From Candidatus Kaiserbacteria bacterium (GTDB lineage Bacteria; Patescibacteriota; Minisyncoccia; Phycocordibacterales; UBA2100): DNA of 64,000 nt. Below are positions 9,259-18,390 of the stretch, piece after piece. Both the position numbers and the translations under genes were made by a program. Under the pieces are notes generated by a model. It had not been told where the DNA came from. It did not search any database and saw only the letters and a program-made list of their open reading frames with translations. The first letter of the stretch is position 1; each line of letters starts with the position of its first letter. The DNA lies in contig JAQBRI010000011.1 in assembly GCA_028286585.1 (NCBI GenBank), positions 1,648 through 65,647 of the forward strand, given 5' to 3'.

Positions 9259-9807
9259 ATGAAAAAGACTGCAACACACGCAAAATCATACGTATACAGA
9301 ATGATGAAATCTCCGATAGGGAATCTTACCTTGGTAGGTAGTGATCGTGGACTTGCTGCTATCTTGTGGGAAAAAGAAAAGAAGGGTCGTGTGCCCCTGA
9401 AGATAGTAGGGGAGGATAAAAAACTGCCCATTCTTATCAAAGCAGAAAAACAGCTTAATGAATATTTTGCAAAAAAACGAAAAACATTTGATCTTACACT
9501 CGATTTTAACGGCACCGATTTTCAGAAAAAGGTTTGGAAGGCACTGCTCAATATTCCATTTGGAGCTACTGTAAGTTATGGTGATATTGCGCGCAAAGTG
9601 GGTAAGCCTACAGCAAGTCGTGCAGTTGGGGCAGCAAACGGGAAAAACCCAATATCAATTATAGCGGCGTGCCATCGAGTCATCGGCACGTCCGGCAAAC
9701 TTACTGGATACGCAGGTGGAGTGGAAAACAAAGTTATGCTGCTAGAACTTGAAGGCGGCACATTCGAGGGAAAGGCCAGCAAGAATTCGCGTTTGGTAAA
9801 ACAATAG
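9259..9807 (+). CDS. ogt: Methylated-DNA-[protein]-cysteine S-methyltransferase
   Basis: GTDFQKKVW, RAVGAANGKNP and active-site CHRVI. Confidence 0.92.
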   Translation: MKKTATHAKSYVYRMMKSPIGNLTLVGSDRGLAAILWEKEKKGRVPLKIVGEDKKLPILIKAEKQLNEYFAKKRKTFDLTLDFNGTDFQKKVWKALLNIPFGATVSYGDIARKVGKPTASRAVGAANGKNPISIIAACHRVIGTSGKLTGYAGGVENKVMLLELEGGTFEGKASKNSRLVKQ

Positions 9808-9843
9808 AAAATGCTTTTTTATAATTGATCTATACTTATAGAT

Positions 9844-11244
9844 ATGAACACTACAAATTCAAACAAGGCTCGATGGCTGGCCCTCTTGGTACTCTGCTTG
9901 GGCACACTCATGATCGTACTCGACACGACGATTGTAAACGTGGCATTGCCATCTATCAAGGCAAGCCTTGGTTTTTCTGACACATCGCTTGCGTGGGTAG
10001 TGAACGCATACGCGCTTACGTTTGCCGGCTTTTTGCTTCTTGGGGGCAGGCTCGGGGACTTGTATGGTCAGCGACGATTTTTTCTCATTGGTATTATCGT
10101 TTTTACACTCTCATCGATTGTGTGCGGGCTTGCAGGTTCTCAATTTATACTCATAGCGGCTCGTGCAGCTCAGGGCATTGGAGGTGCAATAGCTTCGGCA
10201 ATTGCATTGTCGCTCGTTATGAACATGTTTCCAGAGCCGGGTGAACGCGCGAAGGCGATGGGTATTTTTGGTTTTGTCGCAGCAGGCGGAGGATCGGTGG
10301 GTGCAGTATTAGGAGGCATACTTACCGGGACACTTAACTGGCATTGGATATTTTTGGTGAATGTTCCAATAGGAATTCTTGTGTGTATTCTTTCTTTATA
10401 TCTTCTTTCGGGAGAACAGGCAGATTCAAAAAACGTACACCTGGATTTGGTGGGAGCATTTACTGTAACAGCATCTCTCATGCTCGCGGTATACGGAATC
10501 GTAAACGGGAATGCACTTGGATGGACTTCTGTGCAGACTCTCGGCACATTACTTGGTGCTGTGATACTCATGATTCTTTTTCTGTACATAGAAAGTAAGG
10601 TGCGTGCACCCTTAATGCCATTGTCTCTGTTTAAACTACGAAGTGTCGTTGTTGCAAATACCGCCGGGGTACTCTGGTCTGCTGCAATGTTCTCGTGGTT
10701 TTTTCTTTCTGCGCTCTATATGCAACTCGTTTTGAATTATGATCCACTACAAGTTGGACTGGCGTTTGTACCGGCTAATCTTATTATGGCCGTATTTTCT
10801 ATTTGGCTTTCTGCCAAAGTAATTACACGATTTGGAATCAAAAAATCTCTAACTACGGGACTTGCACTATGCGCAGCAGGGTTACTGGTGTTTGCACACG
10901 CGTCAGAACACGGAACTTTTTTGACCGATATATTGTTACCAATGATATTGATGGGTTTTGGGGCAGGAATTTCATTTAATCCTATGCTTCTTGCAGCAAT
11001 GAATGATGTGCCCGAAGACGAGTCAGGACTAGCGTCAGGCGTCGTCAATACATCATTTATGATGGGCGGGGCACTTGGACTCGCGATTCTTGCAAGTATT
11101 GCATCGTCGCAGACTGCACATTTGCTGGCTGCAGGATCGAGCCAAGCGGCTGCTCTAACAGGAGGATATGATGTAGCTTTTTTGACAGGCGGACTATTTG
11201 CAGCATGCGGAGCACTGCTTGTTGGACTCGGATTGCGAATATAA
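9844..11244 (+). CDS. DHA2 (EmrB/QacA) MFS efflux transporter
   Basis: LDTTIVNVALP, GRLGDLYG and WIFLVNVPIG motifs; about 14 TM helices. Confidence 0.92.
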   Translation: MNTTNSNKARWLALLVLCLGTLMIVLDTTIVNVALPSIKASLGFSDTSLAWVVNAYALTFAGFLLLGGRLGDLYGQRRFFLIGIIVFTLSSIVCGLAGSQFILIAARAAQGIGGAIASAIALSLVMNMFPEPGERAKAMGIFGFVAAGGGSVGAVLGGILTGTLNWHWIFLVNVPIGILVCILSLYLLSGEQADSKNVHLDLVGAFTVTASLMLAVYGIVNGNALGWTSVQTLGTLLGAVILMILFLYIESKVRAPLMPLSLFKLRSVVVANTAGVLWSAAMFSWFFLSALYMQLVLNYDPLQVGLAFVPANLIMAVFSIWLSAKVITRFGIKKSLTTGLALCAAGLLVFAHASEHGTFLTDILLPMILMGFGAGISFNPMLLAAMNDVPEDESGLASGVVNTSFMMGGALGLAILASIASSQTAHLLAAGSSQAAALTGGYDVAFLTGGLFAACGALLVGLGLRI

Positions 11245-11250
11245 CAACAT

Positions 11251-11268
11251 TTGACAGCTGGCTGTCAA
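11251..11268. promoter_or_regulatory. Perfect palindrome containing a consensus -35 (putative operator)
   Basis: TTGACAGC-TG-GCTGTCAA. Confidence 0.45.
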
Positions 11269-11398
11269 TACGACATAGCTCTATGTAATGTAAGAAACTA
11301 TTGTTGGAGGCGTATTAATATATATACGTTGCCCGTTTTTAGCATAAGTTCGCATGTGGCGATGTATAGCGCTTATTAGTCTAATACATCAAAATAGT

Positions 11399-12067
11399 AT
11401 GAAAGATGCAAAGAAAATAAACACAATGAGTTCTATGGGACTCTTCATATTGTTCGCAGTCATGCTCGCGTTTGCTTCGACGTTCATGATGCAAACAGTA
11501 AATGCTGATACTACCACGACAGTTTCAAATCCCAATGGACTTGGAATGTATTATGTAAATGTTGTGCCTGATTCGTACTTCAAAACTCCCGGTCAGTACG
11601 TCACATTTAGTGGATCGCATTTCTATCCCGGCGAGCTGATCTCAATTCAGAGAAATGGTTCAGTCGTTGCGTCTCTCGCAGCAGATAGTAGCGGTGCCTT
11701 TAGCGATGTAACGATACTGCAGCCATATGCATGGGGCACATACGCATATACGTTTACTGGTGCCATAAGTGGAATTCCTTTTACGGTGAACGAGTCAGTC
11801 GGCGGGGCAACACCATGGGTTACGCTCAGTAATTACTATGCCGGCCCTGGTGCACAAATTGTAGTCATGGGACATAGTTTTGGAGCAAATGAACAAGTGA
11901 CTGTTTGGTTCGATGGTATCAACGAAGGAAGTAGTACTGCCGATACAAATGGAAACGCAAATCTCACGATAACGGTTCCAAGTAATGGTGTCGGGCAACA
12001 CACAATTGTTGCAAAAGGTTCTCTAACAAACATCTCAGCTACGCAGTCATTTAGTGAAGCATGGTAG
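11399..12067 (+). CDS. Secreted protein with two Ig/IPT-like beta domains
   Basis: Signal peptide, then two repeats of GxxFxxxExVxI/V...ADxxG. Confidence 0.7.
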   Translation: MKDAKKINTMSSMGLFILFAVMLAFASTFMMQTVNADTTTTVSNPNGLGMYYVNVVPDSYFKTPGQYVTFSGSHFYPGELISIQRNGSVVASLAADSSGAFSDVTILQPYAWGTYAYTFTGAISGIPFTVNESVGGATPWVTLSNYYAGPGAQIVVMGHSFGANEQVTVWFDGINEGSSTADTNGNANLTITVPSNGVGQHTIVAKGSLTNISATQSFSEAW

Positions 12068-12093
12068 CAGAGCGGAAAGTAGTCGCGTGCAGC

Positions 12094-12127
12094 CAAAGAC
12101 ACCCGAGCCAAAACTCGGGTGTCTTTG
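12094..12127 (+). terminator. Intrinsic terminator
   Basis: CAAAGACACCCGAG-N6-CTCGGGTGTCTTTG. Confidence 0.75.
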
Positions 12128-12243
12128 TAAAGACTTTTAGTAATAGTATACTGATCGCGACAAGTTACTGAAATTTTGCTCCCGTATTTTGTGTATATAT
12201 ATTTATACACAAAGAAATACACTGATTCTTTGTAGAAACATTC

Positions 12244-13323
12244 ATGAGAAAAACAACACTTTTACCGCTTACGATTGCACTTGTAGCATTTTTTGGCATA
12301 ACAGGAAGCACTTTCGCAGAGGCCGCAAACCAAGGTCTTGGTTTTACCAGCTCCCGTAATTGGGCAGGGTATGCAATGAATTCTGCACCAAATTATACGA
12401 GCGTATCGGGAACCTGGACGATTCCTGCTGTTCCCGTATCCTCGCAAACATCGGGCGACGCAACATGGGTTGGAATAGGCGGCGTTTCCAATCAGGATCT
12501 TATTCAAGCGGGAACCGATGCAATTGTTGCAGATGGATCGCTCACATATGAAGCTTGGTACGAAATGATTCCAGATGCGCAGATATTTGTTCCGCTCCCA
12601 ATTGCCGCAGGCGACTCAGTCTCTGTAACCATAACTGAGCAAACTCCTGGCACGTGGGCTATTACCATAACAAATAATACGACGGGCAAGGTATTTCAAA
12701 AGTCTGTTGCATATAATTCATCACACGCCTCAGCAGAATGGATAGAGGAAATGCCTTCTGTAAACAATGGAGATATTCTACCTATCGATTCGTTTGGGAG
12801 CGTAACGTTTACAAATGCCACAGCTGTTAGCAACGGTTTAGTGCTGAACCTCAATACTGGAAATGCCCAGCCAATTACTCTTATTGATCGAAATTCTCAA
12901 ACATTGGCATCGCCATCTTCTTTTTTGTCGGACACCAGCTTTACAGTGACACGCAGCGATATTGCCGCTAACTACGACAGTATAAATGCACCACAGACGA
13001 TTCTTTGGACCGGCCGTGGTGGGTTCCGCCGCAGTGGACACGGTGACATTCATTACATCATTCAAGGCAATAGTGGCAGCCCTACACAAACCACCCCTCA
13101 ACAACAGACGAGCACCGTCACCACGGTGGCTAGTATTGATCCACGCATACAGGCGCTCTATCAACAAATTGCAATCCTCCAAGCATTGATTCAGCAATTA
13201 CAGCTCGCACAAATCCAAAAGCAGGCGACAATCCAGAATGCACAGCCGGTTCAAGTTACCGTTCCATTACGAATGTTTTTGCAAGGGGACGCGTCTAACA
13301 GAGAACTGTTCTTTACTTTTTAA
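12244..13323 (+). CDS. Secreted G1 family glutamic endopeptidase (eqolisin) with C-terminal Gln/Leu-rich helix
   Basis: SxNWAGY, WVGIGG, LIQAGT (catalytic Q), AWYE and SAEWIEE (catalytic E); signal peptide. Confidence 0.85.
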   Translation: MRKTTLLPLTIALVAFFGITGSTFAEAANQGLGFTSSRNWAGYAMNSAPNYTSVSGTWTIPAVPVSSQTSGDATWVGIGGVSNQDLIQAGTDAIVADGSLTYEAWYEMIPDAQIFVPLPIAAGDSVSVTITEQTPGTWAITITNNTTGKVFQKSVAYNSSHASAEWIEEMPSVNNGDILPIDSFGSVTFTNATAVSNGLVLNLNTGNAQPITLIDRNSQTLASPSSFLSDTSFTVTRSDIAANYDSINAPQTILWTGRGGFRRSGHGDIHYIIQGNSGSPTQTTPQQQTSTVTTVASIDPRIQALYQQIAILQALIQQLQLAQIQKQATIQNAQPVQVTVPLRMFLQGDASNRELFFTF

Positions 13324-13368
13324 TCAATTTGCTATACTCGAGCAGATTCGAATTTTAAATACGTATAT

Positions 13369-15294
13369 ATGAAAATCCTGTATACGTATGCAAGAGCCCT
13401 CATTGTACCGGTTGGACTAGTAATTATATTTGTAATTCAAAACCTGATATTCAATAATTGGGTCCATCTTGATCCAAATCCAGAAAATGCAATTTTTGTC
13501 TTTGATTGCGCAATCTTTGGCGTTTTGCTTTATATGCCAGGAATCCTCTGTAGGGGAATATGGCGCTTTATCTATTATCTTTGCGTCTCAGTTATCTTAT
13601 CTGCAATATTTATTTCCCAATACCTTTATTTTTCATTTTATGGAGGTTTTTTACAAGCTTCGGCATTGCGATATGCCAATCAGCTGGGCGATGAGACAAG
13701 CACACTGATTAAATTGGTACATCCCAGTATTGTCGTCTTTCTGCTTGGAGTCCTTGGTGTTGCAATCGCATATTGGATCACACGCTCGAATCATCTGCAT
13801 GTTCCCGAACTCGGGCGGAGACAAAAACTAAACGTAGCTGTAGTCTTACTATGCACCATGATTGGTTGGTACGGTTTTTTTGTACCGAGTGATGTACAGG
13901 GACTTCGTAAATTTACCGATCCACAGCTTGTACTGCATGATCTGAATAGTTTTTCATACTCGCCAAACCAAACCGTACGTGAAATTGGAATATCCAGTTT
14001 TTATCTCGAAGATCTTATCGGTACGTTTATGAGAAAAACGGTTATTTCAAGTGTCGAAAAGGATTTTGTAAAAAATTGGTTCAATGTTAAGCCGCCAATA
14101 ACCAAGGAAGCAAATTTTGGCCTTTTGAAAGGAGATAATTTTATTATTATTCAAGTGGAATCCCTCGAAGCATCGGTAATAGGGCAGACAATAGGTGGTG
14201 AGGAAATTACACCCAATTTGAACAAACTTGCTCATGATGGCCTCTACTTCAAAAACTACTATACGCAGGTTGGTCCAGGGAACACAGCGGACGCAGAGTT
14301 TGTTACTCTCAATTCCTTATATCCACTTACCAATACTGTGGCATTTATTGACTATGCCAATAACTCTTATGCTGCGCTGCCAAACTTGTTGGTTCAAAAT
14401 GGCTACAGCACGTTTGCACTCCATGGAGATATCGCGAACTTTTGGAATCGCACAAACATTTACCCCGGCTTGGGCTATCAAACGTCCATCAATAAAGCAG
14501 ACTTTACGGTTAAGGAAACTGACTTTGAATCCCTAAGCGATGATGATTTTCTGCAACAAAGTGCCGTAAAGATGCAAACTTTTACTCAGCCGTTTATGGC
14601 GACGGTTATTACCTTGAGCTCGCATACTCCATTTCAAATTCCTCAACGTTTTCAAACTCTCAACATTCCAGACGATGCCAATCTTACTGATACGCAAAAG
14701 GATTATTTACAAAGCGTCCACTACGCCGACTCTGCACTGGGAATGTTTATTCAGTCTCTTAAATCCGAAGGATTATATGATAATTCGCTCATTGCGATTT
14801 ATGGGGATCATGGCGGCTCAACTGGCATTAGTGAAGTAGTGGGCACATCCACGTATCACACCGTTACTCCGCTTCTTAATAGTCATGTTCCATTGATACT
14901 TCTCTCGCCCAAACTTAATACACTCAAACACGGCACAATCGATACACCTGGAAGCCACTTGGATTTGTACCCGACCGTTGCCAATTTACTTGGAATTCTG
15001 CCCCCAAATACAGTTCTCGGACAAGATCTGCTTAATACAAAAACACCAGTCATTACACACCGAGATCCATACTCAGAAATTATTCTCTCCATCATGACAC
15101 CTTCTTTGTTGTATGAAAGTAGTGCAAGCGGAATATTTGAAGAGGGAACATGCGAAACGTTGCCGCAAAACACAATGCTTCCAATTGCCGACTGTAGCGC
15201 TTTATATGAACAGCAGTCAACTACGATACGGGTATCCGATGATTTGGTTCGGGGTAATCTTCTCAATTTGGTTTTGAAAAATTCTTCTCAATAA
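13369..15294 (+). CDS. LTA synthase-like (LtaS/sulfatase family) membrane protein
   Basis: N-terminal TM helices, then IQVESL, GNTADAEF (catalytic Thr), FWNR, TLSSHTPF and YGDH. Confidence 0.85.
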   Translation: MKILYTYARALIVPVGLVIIFVIQNLIFNNWVHLDPNPENAIFVFDCAIFGVLLYMPGILCRGIWRFIYYLCVSVILSAIFISQYLYFSFYGGFLQASALRYANQLGDETSTLIKLVHPSIVVFLLGVLGVAIAYWITRSNHLHVPELGRRQKLNVAVVLLCTMIGWYGFFVPSDVQGLRKFTDPQLVLHDLNSFSYSPNQTVREIGISSFYLEDLIGTFMRKTVISSVEKDFVKNWFNVKPPITKEANFGLLKGDNFIIIQVESLEASVIGQTIGGEEITPNLNKLAHDGLYFKNYYTQVGPGNTADAEFVTLNSLYPLTNTVAFIDYANNSYAALPNLLVQNGYSTFALHGDIANFWNRTNIYPGLGYQTSINKADFTVKETDFESLSDDDFLQQSAVKMQTFTQPFMATVITLSSHTPFQIPQRFQTLNIPDDANLTDTQKDYLQSVHYADSALGMFIQSLKSEGLYDNSLIAIYGDHGGSTGISEVVGTSTYHTVTPLLNSHVPLILLSPKLNTLKHGTIDTPGSHLDLYPTVANLLGILPPNTVLGQDLLNTKTPVITHRDPYSEIILSIMTPSLLYESSASGIFEEGTCETLPQNTMLPIADCSALYEQQSTTIRVSDDLVRGNLLNLVLKNSSQ

Positions 15295-15327
15295 TGTTTT
15301 AACAATATACAGCTGTGCACAACTAGA

Positions 15328-15364
15328 TTGACGGAACGCTTATAATCATGTAAGATACTTACAT
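15328..15364 (+). promoter_or_regulatory. Sigma70 promoter with overlapping MarR-type operator
   Basis: TTGACG-N17-TAAGAT. The palindrome ATGTAAG-ATA-CTTACAT (15348-15364) covers the -10 upstream of the marR gene. Confidence 0.65.
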
Positions 15365-15376
15365 ATCTAGCGTCTT

Positions 15377-15817
15377 ATGCATATGAAAGCCCGCAAAACA
15401 CAAATAGAGGGGTTGGTGGATAATTTCCAGTGTATTAAGCGTGCGATGGGATATTCACCTGGAAAAGATGGTACAGCGCCAAAGGTTACCGGTTCGCAGT
15501 GGACTGTGCTCGTTCTGCTTTCACGTAAGCCTGATTTATCTATAAAAGAAGTTGCGGCATTCATGAGTATATCTTCGAGTGCTGCGACACAACTTGTAGA
15601 ATCATTGGTTCAGGCAAAACACATTATTCGTGCGGAAGATACCACCGACCGCCGCGCAGTGAGCCTTAATCTTAGTCGGAATATGGCAGACAAAATTGTC
15701 CTTATGAAAAAGGATGCAGTTGAACGCCTCATGAAAGTGTATTCAGTATTAACAGATGAAGAATTGGACCGATACGTTGAACTTAATAACAAGATCGCAA
15801 AAAATTTATCACAATAA
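15377..15817 (+). CDS. MarR family regulator
   Basis: wHTH with [13 protein letters not shown] and the DRR motif. Confidence 0.88.
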   Translation: MHMKARKTQIEGLVDNFQCIKRAMGYSPGKDGTAPKVTGSQWTVLVLLSRKPDLSIKEVAAFMSISSSAATQLVESLVQAKHIIRAEDTTDRRAVSLNLSRNMADKIVLMKKDAVERLMKVYSVLTDEELDRYVELNNKIAKNLSQ

Positions 15818-15825
15818 AAAACTAT

Positions 15826-17490
15826 ATGAACAATTTAAAAAGCAGTAGAATCGCAGTTCTTGGAGGCATTATGCTTGCAATGCTTCTCTCCGCACTCGAC
15901 CAAACCATCGTTTCAACAGCGATGCCCAAGATCGTAGGGGAGTTAAATGGCCTTTCGCACCTTACCTGGGTCTTTACGGCATATTTGCTCGCCTCGGCAA
16001 TTACAGTGCCAATTTACGGTAAATTATCGGATATTTTTGGACGTCGGGGATTTTATCTCCTTGGTATCGCAATATTTCTCGTTGGATCGATACTCTCAGG
16101 TCTTGCACCTAGTATGTTTTGGCTGATTGTATTTCGTGGTCTGCAGGGTATTGGAGGCGGGGCAATTATGGTCAACTCGCTTGCAATCATTGGCGATATT
16201 TTTCCTCCGGAGGAACGCGGCAAATTCCAAGGACTCATCGGAGGCGTATTTGGTATGGCATCAATTGCAGGACCGCTTCTTGGCGGTTTTATAACAGATA
16301 ATCTTTCATGGCGCTGGATTTTCTTCATTAATATTCCTCTTGGAATCTTGGCTATGGTTGTCTTGTCGATTGTCCTTCCAAAAATTGCTGTTGATACTCG
16401 AGATCGATCTATCGACTATATTGGCGCTACATTTCTTGCAACAACGTTAATACCATTTCTTTTGGCACTTGTTTGGGGAGGTAGTCAGTACGCCTGGGGC
16501 TCCGAAACAATAATCTTACTGCTCGCGGGATCAGTCGTATCTTTGTTTTTGTTTATCTGGGCAGAATGGCGCGCAAAAGAACCAATTCTTTCATTGGATT
16601 TATTCAAAAACAGGGTATTTCTTGTCTCCATCATTGCAACGTTTATTACCGGTATGGGAATGTTTGGTGCCATCATTTACATTCCTGTATTTGCGCAAGG
16701 AGTCATTGGCATCTCAGCAACAAGTTCTGGATTTATATTGACTCCGCTTATGATCGGCCTTATCACCGCATCTATTATTTCGGGACAGATTATATCTCGT
16801 ACCGGAAAATACAAAATTCTTGCAGTGACAGGCATGATCATAACGACCATTGGTATGTATTGGTTCTCACTCATTCGTCTTGATACTAGTAACTTTATGC
16901 TTGGTGTTCGCATGGTAGTACTTGGTTTTGGACTTGGAACGACAATGCCTATCTTTACACTGGTTGTACAGAGCGCATTTGGCCGGGAAAAAATTGGAGA
17001 AGTAACCGCAGGTATACAGCTCTTTCGATCGATTGGAGGAACCGTGGGTACGGCAATCTTTGGTGGCGTTATGAACTCACAATTGGCAAGCCGACTTGCG
17101 AGCATTGGTAGTGATCCTTTTGTGCAGACCATGAAGCAGCTTGATCCAAACACCGCCATTGCCCATATCGACAGTAATACAGTGCAGGCGATACTCAATC
17201 CAGCTACACAATCGTCTATAACATCACTCTTCTTAAAGGCACCAGCACCGATGCAGGCACAACTCAGCCAAAGTTTCGAGAACTTTGTTGGGATTGTAAA
17301 AATAGCCTTTACCCAATCTGTCGACCAGGTGTATATCGTGAGTACGCTTCTGATGGCAACAGCGCTCATCGTAGTATGCTTCTTGCCACAAATTTCACTT
17401 AAACGAAGTGAGCGTTCTACGCTTGAAGAAATTGGCGTTGAGCTTGAGGATGAACTTGGTCATGATCGCGTAAATACTTTCGCTCACTAG
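15826..17490 (+). CDS. MDR family DHA2 MFS transporter
   Basis: [21 protein letters not shown] and [12 protein letters not shown] motifs. Confidence 0.92.
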   Translation: MNNLKSSRIAVLGGIMLAMLLSALDQTIVSTAMPKIVGELNGLSHLTWVFTAYLLASAITVPIYGKLSDIFGRRGFYLLGIAIFLVGSILSGLAPSMFWLIVFRGLQGIGGGAIMVNSLAIIGDIFPPEERGKFQGLIGGVFGMASIAGPLLGGFITDNLSWRWIFFINIPLGILAMVVLSIVLPKIAVDTRDRSIDYIGATFLATTLIPFLLALVWGGSQYAWGSETIILLLAGSVVSLFLFIWAEWRAKEPILSLDLFKNRVFLVSIIATFITGMGMFGAIIYIPVFAQGVIGISATSSGFILTPLMIGLITASIISGQIISRTGKYKILAVTGMIITTIGMYWFSLIRLDTSNFMLGVRMVVLGFGLGTTMPIFTLVVQSAFGREKIGEVTAGIQLFRSIGGTVGTAIFGGVMNSQLASRLASIGSDPFVQTMKQLDPNTAIAHIDSNTVQAILNPATQSSITSLFLKAPAPMQAQLSQSFENFVGIVKIAFTQSVDQVYIVSTLLMATALIVVCFLPQISLKRSERSTLEEIGVELEDELGHDRVNTFAH

Positions 17491-17551
17491 AATCGTAAAG
17501 TGCTCATATAGGTTGCTTTGACAGACACTCTATTTGAGTCATACTTGGGGT

Positions 17552-17959
17552 ATGAACAAAACATACATAACCATTGCAGCGGGCGTCATTGTTATTATTG
17601 CTGGTAGTCTCTGGTACTTTAGTACTCCTAATACAGCAGGTGTTACGCAGACGGAGATTACGCAAGCAACCACGAGTCCAACATACAGCAGTTATCAGTA
17701 TGAGTGTGACGAACATGTGATGTTTACAATGATGCCTATGCCGGATGCTTCTTCTATTATGGTGGCGCCTGTGGGCGGAGCGTACCCCGCAACGAGTACA
17801 CTAGTCCAAGTTGCTACAACTTCAGGCGTCCTATACAAAGGCAACGGTATTGTTTTTGCAGCGCACGGTGAGACTGTTACGCTCGGGGAAGGGGATTCAG
17901 CAATAACCTGTTCTCCTGTGCCAGATCAAAACAATGCCCCATTTAATTTTGGTGACTAA
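17552..17959 (+). CDS. Membrane-anchored protein with MliC-like domain
   Basis: N-terminal TM helix; YxC...L.QV..SGVLY...F..HG..L...C resembles MliC. Confidence 0.5.
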   Translation: MNKTYITIAAGVIVIIAGSLWYFSTPNTAGVTQTEITQATTSPTYSSYQYECDEHVMFTMMPMPDASSIMVAPVGGAYPATSTLVQVATTSGVLYKGNGIVFAAHGETVTLGEGDSAITCSPVPDQNNAPFNFGD

Positions 17960-17985
17960 TTTTTAATAACTAAAAATATACATAT

Positions 17986-18318
17986 ATGACGGAATACGTT
18001 GTTGAGCGAAGAAGTTATTACCCAGGATTTATCGTAACGCGAATTATCGACGGAATTGTTGTTGCTATTGAATTATTGCTGGCAGTCCGATTGGTATTCG
18101 AGTTTCTTGGAGCCAGCCAGTCGTCTCCCTTTGTCGCTTGGCTGTATGGCATAACCTACGGACTGGTGCGTCCTTTTGCTGGAGCTTTTCCACAACTCTA
18201 TATTTCTGGCTCACCAATTGATCTTGCAGTTGTGCTCGCAATGATTGGTTACGCGGTTATAGGCTGGATTATCTTACGTCTCTTGCAGTTACTATTTGCT
18301 GCAATGGCGACTATATAA
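17986..18318 (+). CDS. YggT family membrane protein
   Basis: FVAWLYGITxxLVRPFxGxFP motif. Confidence 0.75.
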   Translation: MTEYVVERRSYYPGFIVTRIIDGIVVAIELLLAVRLVFEFLGASQSSPFVAWLYGITYGLVRPFAGAFPQLYISGSPIDLAVVLAMIGYAVIGWIILRLLQLLFAAMATI

Positions 18319-18338
18319 AAACTGGTCTGTTATTCAAT

Positions 18339-18379
18339 ATACAAAAAATACCCGGGCTAATCCCGGGTATTTTTTGTAT
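18339..18379. terminator. Bidirectional terminator
   Basis: ATACAAAAAATACCCGGG-N5-CCCGGGTATTTTTTGTAT between convergent genes. Confidence 0.85.
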
Positions 18380-18390
18380 GTTTTGTATTT

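Noticed and set aside
1420-11250. Integron cassette array (many short co-oriented resistance/stress-type genes)
   Set aside because: I saw no repeated attC-like RYYYAAC...GTTRRRY elements and no integrase; the genes have their own promoters or overlap directly.
12188-12213. Palindrome containing TTATACACA as a DnaA box or origin
   Set aside because: It is an isolated AT-rich hairpin in a gene leader with no box cluster.
16677-17369. Long antisense ORFs (also 20516-20965, 29944-30588, 41666-42331, 47325-47732)
   Set aside because: They are shadows of well-supported genes on the opposite strand; the Val/Gly-rich ones mirror Thr/Pro-rich repeats.
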